This document shows positions 25,826 through 36,983 of a stretch of DNA of 64,000 nucleotides, piece after piece. Every line of letters starts with the position of its first letter. The stretch's first letter is position 1. The stretch is from Selaginella moellendorffii (Eukaryota > Plantae > Lycopodiophyta): NCBI RefSeq assembly GCF_000143415.4, contig NW_003314404.1, positions 1 through 64,000 on the forward strand, in the 5' to 3' direction. A model generated the notes under the pieces. It was not told where the DNA came from and made no database searches. It saw only the letters and a program-made list of their open reading frames with translations. A program made the position numbers and the translations under genes.

Positions 25826-26976
25826 TGTAAGCCACAAATTTTTCCTTTCCAATTTGCCAGCTTACCTCGACTATCCGTCCAACACTGCCTTGGCTTTCGC
25901 TAAGTTCCCTTGCCAAGGTTCTCGCCTATGGTACCAGCTCCTACTTGGTCTCAGCTACTCCCTGCACGAGCAACGGAGTGTTAGCCATCCATCCACGGAT
26001 TCCCAAATCACTCCCAATCCCCCTCCCCGGGTTAGACTGGACTTAAGGTTCGGCTACACTCCCCACAAGCACAAACAGCCAAGCACACCAAGCTTCCAGG
26101 TTCCTAACATCCTTTGGTACCACAAGACTTGATCATGGGACCCTCTAAATCCCAAGTCTTGAGTGCAACACTTGCTTCGGGACGCCGGGGCGAAATACCG
26201 TGGCCTAGCGGCCCGGTATGGGTACCTCTCGCCCCCCACTTCCATCCCGAAGGAAGGCCCAAGCCCCTAGGAAGGGCGAGGACCAATGAGCCGCATGGTA
26301 CTCAAGTGGGGCACCACTCCACATGAGCCGGGAGCACCGCGATCGGTTTCCCTTTCGGGAGTGGGAGCTGCTCTTGAGCACTTTCTTGGATGGCCCCTCC
26401 GGCACCAGCCAAGTCCATGCTCACTCCCACCCAAGGCCCCTCGGTCCCAGTCTCAACCTCAAGTCGGTTTGGAAGCCCAACTGGAGAGTCCCTTCAAAAC
26501 TGGTTCCTGGACCTCACTATCCCTACTATACTTTTGGAACCCCCTGCAGCCCCCCCCCCCCCCTGGGAGACGCACGCTTTGGGCTTTCACCCCTTGACCC
26601 GTATTAGTATTTGGACTTAGTCTCTGGCTCGATCTCGGACCCGATTTCGGATCCAACTTCGGATTCGGTTTCGGACTTGATCTCGGACTCGATCTCGGAC
26701 CCGATCTCGGACCCAACCTCGGACTCGACCTCGGACTCGGTCTCGGACCCGATTTCGGATCTCGGACTCCGTCTCGAACTCGGTCTCGAACTCGGACTCG
26801 AACTCGGTCCCCGAGTCGGTCTTGGACTCGATTCCGGACCCGATCTCGAACTCGGTCCTAAAGTCGGTCTTGGACTCGATCTTCGACTTGGTCCCATCCG
26901 ATGAACTCTTTGTCATTTTGGTCATGCTTTCGGGGTTCCTTTAGCCTACGACACCTCGGCGAGTTGGTTCCTTACA
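25826..26976 (-). repeat. LTR 1 (3'-most, 1151 bp)
   Basis: TGTAAG...CTTACA, with the PPT adjacent at 26977-26992. Confidence 0.95.
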
Positions 26977-27379
26977 ACTCCACCACCCATAGAAGAAGTT
27001 CGATGCCCACATCGAACGTCTCATTTTATCCTACGACTTGTTGACCATGTCTCCGGGGGCATCCCCCCACTTAGCGGTGTGCCTAAGTTAGCCTCCCCAG
27101 CCAAGAGCCCATGACAACGGAATATAGGTGTCCCTATACTCCTCACCTCACCACGCCCTAGTATAGGGTCGGGACTTGAACCCAGCCTTGCTTTACTAGG
27201 GGGTTGGGACTCGAATCCAACCTCCGTAGAATACGTCTACGGATTCAACATCCCCGCAGGGAGTCGGGCGTAGCTCCCTACGCCTGGTTGACCTAGCTAA
27301 CCCATGCTAATTAGCTTACCTTCGGCGCGCCTTCGGGTCCCAACATATGCCACTTGCTCAACTTTGCAAATATATATTT

Positions 27380-28056
27380 TTAATTGAACTTTGCATAAGT
27401 ACATAGAGTTCTGCCTTGCAGAAATTCCTCCACTAGATCTCGCGCGTTCGCTAGGTTCTCCTCCGGTTCCCATGTTGCTTCGCAGTGTGGAAATCCTTTC
27501 CACTTTACATGGAACTCTCTCACCTCGCGTCCTTGTCGCTTGCTCTTGCGCGCATTGAGGATGGCCTCGACTTCGTATTCCTCTTCCCCTTGGATAACCT
27601 CAGGTAAAGGTCTTACTTGGTCCTTGCGAAGCGGATCCTCAAAGTACGGCTTGAGTAAGTTCACATGGAACATTGGGTGCATCTTCCCCATCTCTCGAGG
27701 AAGTCAGAGTCGGTAAGCCACTTTACCGATTCGTGCCTCAATCTCGTAAGGCCCCGCGAACCTGCTTAAGGAACTCAAGATCAATTCATTTACAGGAATA
27801 CATGCATTTTTACCTTTGGGTCAACTTTCGGCTGATCCCACTTGGTAGCCTGAGGTTCTTGGTGTTCAGCCACACCTTCTCCCCAGCTTGGAACTCTACA
27901 TCCCGGCGCTTTAGGTTCGCGTACTTGGTTTGCCTTTGTTGAGCCCGTTCCAAGGAATCCCTCACTAGATTCCAAATGTTGAGTCTTTCCGCCGTGAATG
28001 CCTCCACTGCGGGTAACTCTCCATGATACTCGGCCACGCCGAGTTCCACAGGACCT
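27380..28056 (-). pseudogene. Integrase C-terminus (GPY/F) and chromodomain remnant, unit 1 (copies at 32384-33060 and 37387-38063)
   Basis: RAQQRQTKYAN...GEKVWL...KLTQR|FAGPY...HPVFHVNLLKPY (HPMF in unit 1)...EYEVEAIL...VKWKGFPHCEATWEP. Interrupted by a 52-nt GT-AG insert and a TGA at 27704-27706. Confidence 0.9.
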
Positions 28057-30771
28057 TCAATAGCTCGTCCATACCATCTTCCCTTTTCCTGTTTGGTCCG
28101 TTAAGGGTAGGGCTACTCTCGAATAGTGTCTGATAAACTTTCGATAGTAGTTGCATAGCCCCAAGAACGCCCTCAACTCATGTACATTCGAAGGCCGCTC
28201 CCATTCCTGGATCGCTTGGACCTTCTCCGGGTCCACCTTGAGCCCGTTCTGGCCCACCACATGCCCGAGAAACTTTACCTCTTGTTGAGCAAAGTCACAT
28301 TTGCTCTCTTTAGCATACAGTTTGTATTCCCTTAGTTTCTCAAACACCTTCGCCAAGTGTTCGGCATGCTCCTCTAGCGTCTCGCTATAGATCAGGATAT
28401 CGTCGATATAGACGACCACGAAGTGATCCAGATAGGGTACAAAGATGTGGTTCATCAACGCCGAAAACGTTGCCGGCGCATTGCACAGCCCAAAGGGCAT
28501 CACCAGAAACTCAAAGCTCCCATACCTCGTTCGACAGGTTGTCTTCTCGACATCTTCCTCAGCTACCCTGATCTGGTAGTATCCTGACCTTAGGTCAATC
28601 CTCGAGAAGTATTTTGCCTTTCCCAACCTATCGAACAAGTCCTTGATCCTTGGCAAAGGGTACTTGTTCTTTTTGGTATACTTGTTGAGCAACCGGTAGT
28701 CTATGCACATGCGCATAGATCCATCTTTCTTTTTCACAAATAGCACCGGCGCCCCATACGGCGACTTGCTCAACCTAACATACCCTTTGTCCACCAACTC
28801 CTCTAGTTGGCTTTTGAGCTCCTTGAGTTCTTTTTCGTTCAATCGATAGGGTGGACGAACCACCGCCTCAGCACCCTCGACCAGCTCAATCTTATGTTCT
28901 ATCGGTCGTGCGGGGGGCAACCCTGCCGGTAGCTCCTCCGGCATCGTATCCTGGAATTGGTCCAGCACCTGCTGGATCACTAAAGGTACTTCTTCCGTTT
29001 TTGTCTTTTTGTCACTCTTCACCGAGAGTAAGCACAAAAAGGCTGCCTTAGTTCCTTTAGTGAGTTGTCCTCTCGTGGACACCAGGTTTAAGCATGACTC
29101 TTTGGCCTTGCTTTGCCCTACCTTTAGATCCTGGGCCTCCACCCTAGATCTTCTTCCTTGGGCATTCGCCAATACCACAAGGTTCCTACCTTGTCCATGT
29201 AGGGCTACCACGAACCGATTAAACCAATCCATTCCAAAGATCACGTCAAATCCCGCCATGTCCAAGACGGTGAAATCCATGTCCACTTTCCATGTCCCCA
29301 CTTCGACTCTCGCTTGTCGAAGTACCTCATCGGTACTTTGGCTACCCTGAACAAACTCTATAGTCCTTGGTTCGCCTAGCCGCTGCACCGTTAGTCCGGC
29401 TTGCCGGACTATGTCTGCAGCCACAAAATTATCCGAAGCACCCGTGTCAATAAGGATCTTAACAAAGCTACCTTCGAGCTTCCCTCGGAGGGCTAGTAGA
29501 TGTCGCGAACGACTCTCTACCAAAGTTGCTCGTGTAATGAGTAACTTTGAGTTAGGGACTGGATCACATACCTCAGTTTGGACTTCACCCGACTTGATGG
29601 CCATATTGGCTCTGGCCTTCTTCGGGTAGGGACATTCCCTCGAGAAGTGTCCCGCTTCGCCGCAGTTGTAGCATACGTTGTTGCCCACGCTGCTATACGA
29701 CTTGACCTTCTTATCCGTGGGTTTGTCTCTTTTCGCTTGACTTCCCCACGTACTCGCTTGCTGGCCACCGGATTTGCCTTTTCGGAACCCCGAGGACTCA
29801 TTCTTAGAGAAACTCTTCTTGAATTTCCCCTTGCTATATGTTCCCCTCGGTTTGGCCCCTTTGTGAAACGTGGATCCCGACCCCGTCGTGTTCCCCTTTC
29901 ACAGGTTATCGTTGAAATGCACCTTGATGGCCGCATCCAACGCTTCCTTGTAGTTGGTCGGGTTCCAGCGCATCACCTCACTGCGAGCCCAGGTTTGCAA
30001 ACCTGATATAAAGGCATGGAACGCATCCATATCCCCCATGTCCGTGACAAGTATCCTCTTTGCCATGAACCCATTCACATATTCCTGGATGGTTCCAGTC
30101 TGCTTCAGCCTACTCAGCTCATCTCTCAGATGCAGAGTGGCATTCGGAGGAACGTATGTCGCGCGGATCCTCGCCTTCATCATGTCCCAGGTGGCCACCG
30201 GTCCTTCGTTGGCCTCCGTTGTTCTCCACCAAGACTTGGCATTATCTGCCAAGTATGGTTTTGCACATGGGACCTTCTCCGAGCTCGGTAACCGCAACGC
30301 TCGGAAGTAGTCCTCCATATCGTAAAACCAATCCTCCACAACCTTATAGTCGTTCACTCCCTTGAACACCGGTGGGGGCTTTGGTTTGTACTTGGGAACT
30401 GCCTGAGGGACTGATTCCACTTCGGTCTGTTCGACCTTGTCTGGTTTTGCCTCAGTCCCTGCCGAAGGGTCCGCACCTTCTGCGCTACCAGCATCCGCAG
30501 TCTTTCGCTTTTTCTTCCGCTTCTCGTCACGCTTTAACTTGCGTACGAGAGTCTCCAGCAGGGCATTGGTCTGTGCCAACTGTCCTTCTAGCACGTCCAA
30601 TCGAGCCTTGGACGACCGAACCTCGCCACCGGACTCCTGTTTGGAAGTTTCCTCACTGGAGTCCTCCTCATGCAAGGATTCCTCATCCATAGCCTCTTGT
30701 TCAACCGGAGGCTCCAGCTCCGGCGGAGGTTCCGTCTCCGCCTGGGTTCGCTTACGCCCTGCCCTTGCCAT
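28057..30771 (-). pseudogene. gag-PR-RT, unit 1, with a premature stop (CGA>TGA at 29899-29901)
   Basis: Same frame as the 904-aa ORFs of units 2 and 3, but split into 290-aa and 543-aa ORFs. Confidence 0.92.
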
Positions 30772-30814
30772 CTCCCAGCAATCCGCCTCTATCCTTCGCT
30801 AGAACTGAGATAAA

Positions 30815-30827
30815 GGCTCTGATACTA
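30815..30827 (-). promoter_or_regulatory. tRNA-iMet primer-binding site, mutated (TAGTATCAGAGCC); same in units 2 and 3
   Basis: Matches canonical TGGTATCAGAGCC except at position 2 and lies 3 nt from the LTR. Confidence 0.9.
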
Positions 30828-30830
30828 AAT

Positions 30831-31980
30831 TGTAAGCCACAAATTTTTCCTTTCCAATTTGCCAGCTTACCTCGACTATCCGTCCAACACTGCCTTGGCT
30901 TTCGCTAAGTTCCCTTGCCAAGGTTCTCGCCTATGGTACCAGCTCCTACTTGGTCTCAGCTACTCCCTGCACGAGCAACGGAGTGTTAGCCATCCATCCA
31001 CGGATTCCCAAATCACTCCCAATCCCCCTCCCCGGGTTAGACTGGACTTAAGGTTCGGCTACACTCCCCACAAGCACAAACAGCCAAGCACACCAAGCTT
31101 CCAGGTTCCTAACATCCTTTGGTACCACAAGACTTGATCATGGGACCCTCTAAATCCCAAGTCTTGAGTGCAACACTTGCTTCGGGACGCCGGGGCGAAA
31201 TACCGTGGCCTAGCGGCCCGGTATGGGTACCTCTCGCCCCCCACTTCCATCCCGAAGGAAGGCCCAAGCCCCTAGGAAGGGCGAGGACCAATGAGCCGCA
31301 TGGTACTCAAGTGGGGCACCACTCCACATGAGCCGGGAGCACCGCGATCGGTTTCCCTTTCGGGAGTGGGAGCTGCTCTTGAGCACTTCCTTGGATGGCC
31401 CCTCCGGCACCAGCCAAGTCCATGCTCACTCCCACCCAAGGCCCCTCGGTCCCAGTCTCAACCTCAAGTCGGTTTGGAAGCCCAACTGGAGAGTCCCTTC
31501 AAAACTGGTTCCTGGACCTCACTATCCCTACTATACTTTTGGAACCCCCTGCAGCCCCCCCCCCCCCTGGGAGACGCACGCTTTGGGCTTTCACCCCTTG
31601 ACCCGTATTAGTATTTGGACTTAGTCTCTGGCTCAATCTCGGACCCGATTTCGGATCCAACTTCGGATTCGGTTTCGGACTTGATCTCGGACTCGATCTC
31701 GGACCCGATCTCGGACCCAACCTCGGACTCGACCTCGGACTCGGTCTCGGACCCGATTTCGGATCTCGGACTCCGTCTCGAACTCGGTCTCGAACTCGGA
31801 CTCGAACTCGGTCCCCGAGTCGGTCTTGGACTCGATTCCGGACCCGATCTCGAACTCGGTCCTAGAGTCGGTCTTGGACTCGATCTTCGACTTGGTCCCA
31901 TCCGATGAACTCTTTGTCATTTTGGTCATGCTTTCGGGGTTCCTTTAGCCTACGACACCTCGGCGAGTTGGTTCCTTACA
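30831..31980 (-). repeat. LTR 2 (shared, 1150 bp)
   Basis: Near-identical to LTR1, with a PBS on one side and a PPT on the other. Confidence 0.95.
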
Positions 31981-33060
31981 ACTCCACCACCCATAGAAGA
32001 AGTTCGATGCCCACATCGAACGTCTCATTTTATCCTACGACTTGTTGACCATGTCTCCGGGGGCATCCCCCCACTTAGCGGTGTGCCTAAGTTAGCCTCC
32101 CCAGCCAAGAGCCCATGACAACGGAATATAGGTGTCCCTATACTCCTCACCTCACCACGCCCTAGTATAGGGTCGGGACTTGAACCCAGCCTTGCTTTAC
32201 TAGGGGGTTGGGACTCGAATCCAACCTCCGTAGAATACGTCTACGGATTCAACATCCCCGCAGGGAGTCGGGCGTAGCTCCCTACGCCTGGTTGACCTAG
32301 CTAACCCATGCTAATTAGCTTACCTTCGGCGCGCCTTCGGGTCCCAACATATGCCACTTGCTCAACTTTGCAAATATATATTTTTAATTGAACTTTGCAT
32401 AAGTACATAGAGTTCTGCCTTGCAGAAATTCCTCCACTAGATCTCGCGCGTTCGCTAGGTTCTCCTCCGGTTCCCATGTTGCTTCGCAGTGTGGAAATCC
32501 TTTCCACTTTACATGGAACTCTCTCACCTCGCGTCCTTGTCGCTTGCTCTTGCGCGCATTGAGGATGGCCTCGACTTCGTATTCCTCTTCCCCTTGGATA
32601 ACCTCAGGTAAAGGTCTTACTTGGTCCTTGCGAAGCGGATCCTCAAAGTACGGCTTGAGTAAGTTCACATGGAACACTGGGTGCATCTTCCCCATCTCTC
32701 GAGGAAGTCAGAGTCGGTAAGCCACTTTACCGATTCGTGCCTCAATCTCGTAAGGCCCCGCGAACCTGCTTAAGGAACTCAAGATCAATTCATTTACAGG
32801 AATACATGCATTTTTACCTTTGGGTCAACTTTCGGCTGATCCCACTTGGTAGCCTGAGGTTCTTGGTGTTCAGCCACACCTTCTCCCCAGCTTGGAACTC
32901 TACATCCCGGCGCTTTAGGTTCGCGTACTTGGTTTGCCTTTGTTGAGCCCGTTCCAAGGAATCCCTCACTAGATTCCAAATGTTGAGTCTTTCCGCCGTG
33001 AATGCCTCCACTGCGGGTAACTCTCCATGATACTCGGCCACGCCGAGTTCCACAGGACCT

Positions 33061-35775
33061 TCAATAGCTCGTCCATACCATCTTCCCTTTTCCTGTTTGG
33101 TCCGTTAAGGGTAGGGCTACTCTCGAATAGTGTCTGATAAACTTTCGATAGTAGTTGCATAGCCCCAAGAACGCCCTCAACTCATGTACATTCGAAGGCC
33201 GCTCCCATTCCTGGATCGCTTGGACCTTCTCCGGGTCCACCTTGAGCCCGTTCTGGCCCACCACATGCCCGAGAAACTTTACCTCTTGTTGAGCAAAGTC
33301 ACATTTGCTCTCTTTAGCATACAGTTTGTATTCCCTTAGTTTCTCAAACACCTTCGCCAAGTGTTCGGCATGCTCCTCTAGCGTCTCGCTATAGATCAGG
33401 ATATCGTCGATATAGACGACCACGAAGTGATCCAGATAGGGTACAAAGATGTGGTTCATCAACGCCGAAAACGTTGCCGGCGCATTGCACAGCCCAAAGG
33501 GCATCACCAGAAACTCAAAGCTCCCATACCTCGTTCGACAGGTTGTCTTCTCGACATCTTCCTCAGCTACCCTGATCTGGTAGTATCCTGACCTTAGGTC
33601 AATCCTCGAGAAGTATTTTGCCTTTCCCAACCTATCGAACAGGTCCTCGATCCTTGGCAAAGGGTACTTGTTCTTTTTGGTATACTTGTTGAGCAACCGG
33701 TAGTCTATGCACATGCGCATAGATCCATCTTTCTTTTTCACAAATAGCACCGGCGCCCCATACAGCGACTTGCTCAACCTAACATACCCTTTGTCCACCA
33801 ACTCCTCTAGTTGGCTTTTGAGCTCCTTGAGTTCCTTTTCGTTCAATCGATAGGGTGGACGAACCACCGCCTCAGCACCCTCGACCAGCTCAATCTTATG
33901 TTCTATCGGTCGTGCGGGGGGCAACCCCACCGGTAGCTCCTCCGGCATGGTATCCTGGAATTGGTCCAGCACCTGCTGGATCACTAAAGGTACTTCTTCC
34001 GTTCTTGTCTTTTTTTCACTCTTCACCGAGAGTAAGCACAAAAAGGCTGCCTTAGTTCCTTTAGTGAGTTGTCCTCTCGTGGACACCAGGTTTAAGCATG
34101 ACTCTTTGGCCTTGCTTTGCCCTACCTTTAGATCCTGGGCCTCCACCCTAGATCTTCTTCCTTGGGCATTCGCCAATACCACAAGGTTCCTACCTTGTCC
34201 ATGTAGGGCTACCACGAACCGATTAAACCAATCCATTCCAAAGATCACGTCAAATCCCGCCATGTCCAAGACGGTGAAATCCATGTCCACTTTCCATGTC
34301 CCCACTTCGACTCTCGCTTGTCGAAGTACCTCATCGGTACTTTGGCTACCCTGAACAAACTCTATAGTCCTTGGTTCGCCTAGCCGCTGCACCGTTAGTC
34401 CGGCTTGCCGGACTATGTCTGCAGCCACAAAATTATCCGAAGCACCCGTGTCAATAAGGATCTTAACAAAGCTACCTTCGAGCTTCCCTCGGAGGGCTAG
34501 TAGATGTCGCGAACGACTCTCTACCAAAGTTGCTCGTGTAATGAGTAACTTTGAGTTAGGGACTGGATCACATACCTCAGTTTGGACTTCACCCGACTTG
34601 ATGGCCATATTGGCTTTGGCCTTCTTCGGGTAGGGACATTCCCTCGAGAAGTGTCCCGCTTCGCCGCAGTTGTAGCATACGTTGTTGCCCACGCTGCTAT
34701 ACGACTTGACCTTCTTATCCGTGGGTTTGTCTTTTTTCGCTTGACTTCCCCACGTACTCGCTCGCTGGCCACCGGATTTGCCTTTCCGGAACCCCGAGGA
34801 CTCATTCTTAGAGAAACTCTTCTTGAATTTCCCCTTGCTATATGTTCCCCTCGGTTTGGCCCCTTTGTGAAATGTGGATCCCGACCCCGTCGTGTTCCCC
34901 TTTCGCAGGTTATCGTTGAAATGCACCTTGATGGCCGCATCCAACGCTTCCTTGTAGTTGGTCGGGTTCCAGCGCATCACCTCACTGCGAGCCCAGGTTT
35001 GCAAACCTGATATAAAGGCATGGAACGCATCCATATCCCCCATGTCCGTGACAAGTATCCTCTTTGCCATGAACCCATTCACATATTCCTGGATGGTTCC
35101 AGTCTGCTTCAGCCTACTCAGCTCATCTCTCAGATGCAGAGTGGCATTCAGAGGAACGTATGTCGCGCGGATCCTCGCCTTCATCATGTCCCAGGTGGCC
35201 ACCGGTCCTTCGTTGGCCTCCATTGTTCTCCACCAAGACTTGGCATTATCTGCCAAGTATGGTTTTGCACATGGGACCTTCTCCGAGCTCGGTAACCGCA
35301 ACGCTCGGAAGTAGTCCTCCATATCGTAAAACCAATCCTCCACAACCTTATAGTCGTTCACTCCCTTGAACACCGGTGGGGGCTTTGGTTTGTACTTGGG
35401 AACTGCCTGAGGGACTGATTCCACTTCGGTCTGTTCGACCTTGTCTGGTTTTGCCTCAGTCCCTGCCGAAGGGTCCGCACCTTCTGCGCTACCAGCATCC
35501 GCAGTCTTTCGCTTTTTCTTCCGCTTCTCGTCACGCTTTAACTTGCGTACGAGAGTCTCCAGCAGGGCATTGGTCTGTGCCAACTGTCCTTCTAGCACGT
35601 CCAATCGAGCCTTGGACGACCGAACCTCGCCACCGGACTCCTGTTTGGAAGTTTCCTCACTGGAGTCCTCCTCATGCAAGGATTCCTCATCCATAGCCTC
35701 TTGTTCAACCGGAGGCTCCAGCTCCGGCGGAGGTTCCGTCTCCGCCTGGGTTCGCTTACGCCCTGCCCTTGCCAT
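33061..35775 (-). CDS. Gag-protease-reverse transcriptase polyprotein (904 aa), truncated before RNase H, unit 2
   Basis: Retrotransposon gag, CCHC knuckle [14 protein letters not shown], protease LIDTGAS, RT motifs [12 protein letters not shown] and YIDDILIYS. Confidence 0.93.
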   Translation of the reverse strand: MARAGRKRTQAETEPPPELEPPVEQEAMDEESLHEEDSSEETSKQESGGEVRSSKARLDVLEGQLAQTNALLETLVRKLKRDEKRKKKRKTADAGSAEGADPSAGTEAKPDKVEQTEVESVPQAVPKYKPKPPPVFKGVNDYKVVEDWFYDMEDYFRALRLPSSEKVPCAKPYLADNAKSWWRTMEANEGPVATWDMMKARIRATYVPLNATLHLRDELSRLKQTGTIQEYVNGFMAKRILVTDMGDMDAFHAFISGLQTWARSEVMRWNPTNYKEALDAAIKVHFNDNLRKGNTTGSGSTFHKGAKPRGTYSKGKFKKSFSKNESSGFRKGKSGGQRASTWGSQAKKDKPTDKKVKSYSSVGNNVCYNCGEAGHFSRECPYPKKAKANMAIKSGEVQTEVCDPVPNSKLLITRATLVESRSRHLLALRGKLEGSFVKILIDTGASDNFVAADIVRQAGLTVQRLGEPRTIEFVQGSQSTDEVLRQARVEVGTWKVDMDFTVLDMAGFDVIFGMDWFNRFVVALHGQGRNLVVLANAQGRRSRVEAQDLKVGQSKAKESCLNLVSTRGQLTKGTKAAFLCLLSVKSEKKTRTEEVPLVIQQVLDQFQDTMPEELPVGLPPARPIEHKIELVEGAEAVVRPPYRLNEKELKELKSQLEELVDKGYVRLSKSLYGAPVLFVKKKDGSMRMCIDYRLLNKYTKKNKYPLPRIEDLFDRLGKAKYFSRIDLRSGYYQIRVAEEDVEKTTCRTRYGSFEFLVMPFGLCNAPATFSALMNHIFVPYLDHFVVVYIDDILIYSETLEEHAEHLAKVFEKLREYKLYAKESKCDFAQQEVKFLGHVVGQNGLKVDPEKVQAIQEWERPSNVHELRAFLGLCNYYRKFIRHYSRVALPLTDQTGKGKMVWTSY

Positions 35776-35834
35776 CTCTCAGTAATCCGCCTCTATCCTT
35801 CGCTAGAACTGAGATAAAGGCTCTGATACTAAAT

Positions 35835-36983
35835 TGTAAGCCACAAATTTTTCCTTTCCAATTTGCCAGCTTACCTCGACTATCCGTCCAACACTGCCTT
35901 GGCTTTCGTTAAGTTCCCTTGCCAAGGTTCTCGCCTATGGTACCAGCTCCTACTTGGTCTCAGCTACTCCCTGCACGAGCAACGGAGTGTTAGCCATCCA
36001 TCCACGGATTCCCAAATCACTCCCAATCCCCCTCCCCGGGTTAGACTGGACTTAAGGTTCGGCTACACTCCCCACAAGCACAAACAGCCAAGCACACCAA
36101 GCTTCCAGGTTCCTAACATCCTTTGGTACCACAAGACTTGATCATGGGACCCTCTAAATCCCAAGTCTTGAGTGCAACACTTGCTTCGGGACGCCGGGGC
36201 GAAATACCGTGGCCTAGCGGCCCGGTATGGGTACCTCTCGCCCCCCACTTCCATCCCGAAGGAAGGCCCAAGCCCCTAGGAAGGGCGAGGACCAATGAGC
36301 CGCATGGTACTCAAGTGGGGCACCACTCCACATGAGCCGGGAGCACCGCGATCGGTTTCCCTTTCGGGAGTGGGAGCTGCTCTTGAGCACTTCCTTGGAT
36401 GGCCCCTCCGGCACCAGCCAAGTCCATGCTCACTCCCACCCAAGGCCCCTCGGTCCCAGTCTCAACCTCAAGTCGGTTTGGAAGCCCAACTGGAGAGTCC
36501 CTTCAAAACTGGTTCCTGGACCTCACTATCCCTACTATACTTTTGGAACCCCCTGCAGCCCCCCCCCCCCTGGGAGACGCACGCTTTGGGCTTTCACCCC
36601 TTGACCCGTATTAGTATTTGGACTTAGTCTCTGGCTCGATCTCGGACCCGATTTCGGATCCAACTTCGGATTCGGTTTCGGACTTGATCTCGGACTCGAT
36701 CTCGGACCCGATCTCGGACCCAACCTCGGACTCGACCTCGGACTCGGTCTCGGACCCGATTTCGGATCTCGGACTCCGTCTCGAACTCGGTCTCGAACTC
36801 GGACTCGAACTCGGTCCCCGAGTCGGTCTTGGACTCGATTCCGGACCCGATCTCGAACTCGGTCCTAGAGTCGGTCTTGGACTCGATCTTCGACTTGGTC
36901 CCATCCGATGAACTCTTTGTCATTTTGGTCATGCTTTCGGGGTTCCTTTAGCCTACGACACCTCGGCGAGTTGGTTCCTTACA
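35835..36983 (-). repeat. LTR 3 (shared, 1149 bp)
   Basis: Near-identical to LTR1 and LTR2. Confidence 0.95.

Noticed and set aside
27166-27225. Possible tRNA gene or SINE in the element 3' region
   Set aside because: T-arm-like motifs only, with no acceptor stem, D arm or anticodon arm. Reported as structured RNA instead.
29009-30802. Antisense ORFs opposite gag-pol
   Set aside because: Shadow ORFs with no recognisable motifs.
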